Source: an uncultured Acidimicrobiaceae bacterium (GTDB lineage Bacteria > Actinomycetota > Acidimicrobiia > Acidimicrobiales > Bog-793). From it: a stretch of 64,000 nt of DNA. The stretch is from assembly GCA_963725215.1 (NCBI GenBank), contig CAVRXQ010000007.1, positions 465,294-529,293 of the forward strand. The letters are read 5' to 3'. The position numbers and the translations under genes are program-made. Shown piece by piece: positions 59,670 through 64,000 of this stretch (position 1 is its first letter; every line of letters begins with the position of its first letter). Below the pieces are notes generated by a model, which ran no database searches, had not been told where the DNA came from, and worked only from the letters and a program-made list of their open reading frames with translations.

Positions 59670-60617
59670 CTAGGCCATTGCGCGCTGGAGGGCGATCTCG
59701 GCGATCGCGTTCGCACCGGACGCGGTGCGCATCGCGGTCGCGTACGCCATCGCCGCGGCACGGATCGCGATCGTGAGCGGGACCGGCGCTTCGCGGCCGA
59801 TGATCCGCTGGGCGAAACCGGGGAGGAGGTCGAGTCCGGTCGCGTGGATCACGCTATGGGAGGCGACTTCGAGCGGGTGGTTCGACATCGGCTGATCGAG
59901 AATGAAATACGCGAGTCGCGAGCCGTCGGTCACTTCGAGCTGAGATGAGATCTGCGTGAAGTACTCCCGCACCTCCTCGACCGACTGGGGAACGTCGCGC
60001 GCCCCGAGTCGGATCGCGATCTCGGTCATCTCTTGGAGGTAGCGGTCCTTCTCCTCGCGAAGGAGCGGGTTCGTTGAGTAGCGCTGGTAGGCGCGAAGAA
60101 GCCCCCAGACCTCGGCGACGTGGACGAAGGTCAGCAGCGACGGCTCGTTCGCCGAATACGGCCGACCGTCAGCCGTGCGACCGCGGACCCGGTCGTGGAC
60201 AAGGCGCACCCGCTCGATGAGCGACTCCGCGAGCTCGGTCGAGCCGAACGTCGTCCAGAGGACGAAGCGCGCCGTGCGGATGAGTCGGGGAACGAGGTTG
60301 GCCGTCATGTCGGAGTGGTCGGTGACGCCCGCCATCACCCGGGGATGCAGCGACTGCAGAAGCAACGACGCGTGGCCGCCGTACAGCAGGGCCGGGAGGT
60401 CCGCGTGCACCCGCCAGACGACCGAACCCGGGCCGAAGATCCCGGGGTCGCCGGCGGGCGAGGCGTATCGGTCGAGCCCGTAGGGGTCCTCACCGAACTC
60501 GCGCATCGGGACCGGTGAGATCAGGGCGAGCAGGAGGCGGATCGGATCGATCTCCTCGGCCACGGCGTCGCTTGAGAGGTCGAGTGGGTTGCGCTCGTGT
60601 CGCTCCGTCGTCGTCAT
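59670..60617 (-). CDS. MpaB-family oxygenase (DUF2236)
   Basis: [41 protein letters not shown]...[12 protein letters not shown] at 60617 gives an ATGA overlap with the lepA stop. Confidence 0.75.
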   Translation of the reverse strand: MTTTERHERNPLDLSSDAVAEEIDPIRLLLALISPVPMREFGEDPYGLDRYASPAGDPGIFGPGSVVWRVHADLPALLYGGHASLLLQSLHPRVMAGVTDHSDMTANLVPRLIRTARFVLWTTFGSTELAESLIERVRLVHDRVRGRTADGRPYSANEPSLLTFVHVAEVWGLLRAYQRYSTNPLLREEKDRYLQEMTEIAIRLGARDVPQSVEEVREYFTQISSQLEVTDGSRLAYFILDQPMSNHPLEVASHSVIHATGLDLLPGFAQRIIGREAPVPLTIAIRAAAMAYATAMRTASGANAIAEIALQRAMA

Positions 60618-62423
60618 TCGTCGAGCCTCAGCGCGGAGACGAAGGCCTCTTGGGGGATCTCCACCCGGCCGATCGACTTCATCCGGCGCTTTCCCTCCTT
60701 CTGCTTCTCCAACAGTTTGCGTTTCCTCGTCACGTCGCCCCCGTAGCACTTCGAAAGGACGTCCTTGCGCTTCGCCTTCACGGTCTCACGAGCAATGATG
60801 CGTCCGCCGATCGCGGCCTGGATCGGCACGTCGAACAGCTGGCGGGGGATCAGCCCTCGTAGCTTCTCGGTCATCTTGCGGCCGTACTCCTCCGCTTTTG
60901 TTCGGAAGACGATCGAGGAGAAGGCGTCGACGGGCTGGCCGTTCAACACGATGTCGACTTTGACGAGGTTCGCCGCTTCGAGTCCCGCCGGTTCGTAGTC
61001 GAGGCTCGCGTAGCCCTTCGTGCGGCTCTTCAGCTGGTCGAAGAAGTCCACCACGATCTCGCCCAAAGGGAGCAAATAAACGAGCTCCAGTCGCTCTGCG
61101 GACAGGTAGTGCATCCGTTCTTGTCGTCCGCGTTTTAGCTGGCAGAGCTCGATGATCGTGCCGACGTATTCGGAGGGGGTGACGATCGTGACCTTCAACA
61201 TCGGCTCTTCGATGTGGTCGACGCGTTGAGCTGCCGGCAGCTCGGAGGGGTTGTCGACGAGCTCGGTCGTGCCGTCGGTGAGGTGGACGACGTATTCCAC
61301 CGACGGCGCGGTGGCGATGAGCGAGAGGTTGAATTCGCGCTCGAGCCGCTCACGCACGATGTCCATGTGCAAAAGGCCCAGGAACCCGCAGCGGAAGCCG
61401 AATCCGAGAGCGGCGGACGTCTCGGGGGTGTAGGTGAAGCTCGCGTCGTTCAGGCGCAACTTTTCGAGCGCGTCGCGAAGTTCGGGAAACTCGTCACCGT
61501 CGATCGGGTAGAGACCGCAGAAGACCATCGGCTTCGGGTGCTGGTAGCCGGCGAGTGGCTCTCTCGCCGGGCGGATGGCGTCGGTGATCGTCTCGCCGAC
61601 GCGCGCCTCGGCGATCGTCTTCACCCCCGCGATGAGATAGCCGACCTCGCCCGGACCGAGCGCGTCGACCGGTACCGGGGCAGGTAGGCGGACCCCGATC
61701 TCTTCCACCTCGTGGACGACGCCCGCCTGCATGAAACGGGCGCGGGCACCTGATCGCAGAACGCCGTCGACGACGCGGACCGCGCTCGACGATGCCGCGG
61801 TACTGGTCGTAATACGAGTCGAAGACGAGGGCTCGCAGCGCGTCGTCGGCGGTGTCGGCGGGCGCGGGGATGCGCTCGACGACCGCGTCCAGGAGCTCCG
61901 GCACCCCTTTTCCGGTTTTCGCCGAAATCCGCAGCACGTCGTGGCGGTTGATCCCGAGAACCGACTCGATCTCTTCGGCGTAACGCTCGGGATCGGCGGC
62001 GGGGAGGTCGATCTTGTTCAGGGCGGCGACGATCTCGAGGTCGTGTTCCATCGCCAGGTAGGAGTTGGCGAGCGTCTGGGCCTGGATCCCCTGGGAAGCG
62101 TCGACGAGCAGGATCACCCCTTCGCAGGCGGCGAGGCTGCGGGAGACCTCGTAGGAGAAATCGACGTGTCCGGGCGTGTCGATCAGCTGGAGCGTCGTCC
62201 CCCTCCAGTTCACCCGGACGTTCTGAGCTTTGATCGTGATGCCGCGCTCGCGCTCGATGTCCATCGAGTCCAAGTACTGCTCGCGCATCTCGCGGGGATC
62301 GACGGCACCGGTCAGCTCCAAGATCCGGTCAGAGAGCGTCGACTTTCCATGATCGACGTGACTGATGATGGAGAAGTTCCTGATCTTTGACGGATCGACC
62401 ACCTCACCATCGTGCCATCGCAC
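60614..62423 (-). pseudogene. lepA: translation elongation factor 4 (LepA); reading frame broken once as assembled
   Basis: The G domain ([27 protein letters not shown]) lies in the 61494..62423 ORF and runs up to [11 protein letters not shown]. Homology resumes in the 60614..61732 ORF frame ([26 protein letters not shown]...) and continues to the LepA C-terminal domain. The span is 1810 nt (3n+1). Confidence 0.9.
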
Positions 62424-62543
62424 CTCGGACCACCAGCGCGTTCGACCCCTGTTTGGCTGTTCGCAAGATTCGTATTCCGGACCGACCGCTCACCCGGTGC
62501 TGGTACGATCACCTGCTCCACCAGCTGTGACACGAGGAATTTC

Positions 62544-62819
62544 GTGGCGAACATCAAAAGCCAGATCAAACGGAACCGGCAGAACGCGGCCCGGCACGAG
62601 CGCAACAAAGCGGTGCGCTCAGAGGTAAGGACGCGTTCGAAGCGCGCCATCGCGGCGGCGATCGACGCCGCGCCTGACCTGTCTGAAACCGTCGAGTCGG
62701 CGGTCCGCCGGATCGACAAGGCGGCGGCGCAGGGGATCATCCACAAGAACCAGGCCGCGCGTCGCAAGTCGCGGCTCGTGCGCGCCGTCAACCGCGCGAC
62801 CGGCTCGGCCGCTTCTTAA
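62544..62819 (+). CDS. rpsT: 30S ribosomal protein S20
   Basis: (V)ANIKSQIKRNRQNAARHERNKAVRSEV... GTG at 62544 follows GAGGA. The tracked ORF starts 132 nt too early. Confidence 0.92.
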   Translation: MANIKSQIKRNRQNAARHERNKAVRSEVRTRSKRAIAAAIDAAPDLSETVESAVRRIDKAAAQGIIHKNQAARRKSRLVRAVNRATGSAAS

Positions 62820-62822
62820 CGC

Positions 62823-64000
62823 TCAAGCAGGCGCACCCGGCCCGAGCGCGAGGTGTTTCGGAGGCACCGAGCCGTCCAACGCGTCGAGCATGTACGTCGC
62901 GCCGCCTTCGAAGCCGAGTGCCCATACCCCGACCCCGGCGATACGGAAGTGCGCGGCGAGCGCACGCTTCAGCGCCACGCTCACGGGGTTGTCGTACCAG
63001 GTCTCGTGCCAGGTCTTTCCGATCTTGAAGTGTGTCCAGGCGGTGCGAGTCGTCCGGTCCCACATCGGCGGATGCCCCGCGGCGAGGATCGCCTCGTAGG
63101 TGACCTCGGTCGGATACGGCTTGAGGGCCTGCGCGCCCTTCGCCTTGCCCGCCGTCGTGAAGTCGACGCCGTAGAAGGGGATTCCCAAGAGCAGCTTTTG
63201 TGCCGGTACGACCTTGAGGTACTGAATGAGTGAGAGCACGTCGCTCAGTCCGAGGTCGCTCGCGTACAACGGTGCCGTCGGTGTTGCGTTCGCGAACTGC
63301 TCCATGTCGTAGCCCATGATGAAGACGCGATCGACATAGGGCGCGAGCTTCGCGACGTCGAAGAAATTCGTTGAGTCGCCCGCCGATTGCGGGTAGGTGT
63401 CGAGGACGATCTCACCATCCATCTTGTCGACGCGCAGCGCGCGGACGAGATCGCGCATGAACACCACGAAACTCGCGCGATCCGATGGTCCCGATCCTTC
63501 GATGTCGATGTCGACGCCGTCGATTCCACCTGACTGCACCGCGCCGGCGAGCGCGTGGGCGAGATTCGCGCTCGTTGCTGCGGGTTGGGAGACAAGGCGT
63601 CGGATGATGCTTGTCCGCGTCGTCGAGATCGTGAAAAGCACGCGATCTCCGGCGAGGTGCGCGGCCGCGACAAGCGATCGGTACCCGGACGAGGCGTAGT
63701 CCGACCAACCTGGACCGGTTTCGACGAAGTTTCCGTGCGGCCCGACTTCGACACCGAATAACGCGATCTCGCTCACATGATCGAGCTCGACCGGGGTGAT
63801 CGATGAGGCTGTCCAATAAGGGATGAACCCGAGTACTTCGGCCGAACGCATCGGCTTTCGATAGACGATCAGTGGATCGGAACTAGCGACGTTTGAGCCC
63901 GACGGAACGTCGACGAGCGCGGATGATGCCGCGACGTTCGCGACTTCTTCGCCTCTCAGTTTCGCAAGGGCCCGTTCTTCTTTGATCGCCGCGATCTCGG
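62823..64000 (-). CDS. glycoside hydrolase family 18 (chitinase-like) protein; 5' end probably outside the window
   Basis: DxxDxDxE catalytic motif GIDGVDIDIEG and MGYDM. The frame stays open upstream of the Met at 63851 to the window edge. Confidence 0.8.
   Translation of the reverse strand, partial: EIAAIKEERALAKLRGEEVANVAASSALVDVPSGSNVASSDPLIVYRKPMRSAEVLGFIPYWTASSITPVELDHVSEIALFGVEVGPHGNFVETGPGWSDYASSGYRSLVAAAHLAGDRVLFTISTTRTSIIRRLVSQPAATSANLAHALAGAVQSGGIDGVDIDIEGSGPSDRASFVVFMRDLVRALRVDKMDGEIVLDTYPQSAGDSTNFFDVAKLAPYVDRVFIMGYDMEQFANATPTAPLYASDLGLSDVLSLIQYLKVVPAQKLLLGIPFYGVDFTTAGKAKGAQALKPYPTEVTYEAILAAGHPPMWDRTTRTAWTHFKIGKTWHETWYDNPVSVALKRALAAHFRIAGVGVWALGFEGGATYMLDALDGSVPPKHLALGPGAPA

Overview
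High-GC actinobacterial-type chromosome segment. All calls come from reading the ORF track and retranslating the DNA by hand; no database search was possible, so product names rest on remembered family motifs.

Layout:
- Right two thirds (about 23-64 kb): conserved housekeeping genes, mostly on the minus strand. In order: acs-satP, sigma/dnaG/DUF3052, ppdK, glyQS, recO/uppS, cysH, an addB-addA-dinG-like operon, usp, era/CBS/ybeY/phoH, HIT, a large cyclase-STAND-TPR protein, hemW, bldD, rsmE/dnaJ/hrcA with a CIRCE operator, lgt, an MpaB-like oxygenase, lepA, rpsT and a GH18 hydrolase. The order lepA...hemW...hrcA-dnaJ-rsmE...phoH-ybeY-CBS-era...recO-uppS...glyS...dnaG matches the conserved actinobacterial core arrangement.
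- Left third (about 1-23 kb): accessory. It holds tdh-kbl, a decaying sugar ABC transporter, three intact VOC/glyoxalase paralogues plus one frameshifted copy and one N-terminal fragment, two GNATs, an orphan FtsX permease and a lipoprotein.
- A visibly AT-richer stretch (about 17.3-20.0 kb) carries uncharacterised genes. It ends in vapBC, tRNA-Met, an IS481-like transposase remnant and tRNA-Asn.

Most notable observations:
- As assembled, glyQS and lepA each carry one reading-frame break (gene span = 3n+1).
- lgt and a DUF3052 gene have conserved N-terminal sequence that can only be reached from CTG codons.
- The BldD orthologue has an intact RXD-X8-RXXD c-di-GMP signature.
- cysH has CC...CXXT instead of CC...CXXC.

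I did not find an unambiguous new multi-gene system. The best candidate for something uncharacterised is the AT-richer cluster at 17.3-20.7 kb. No CRISPR array and no rRNA were seen.
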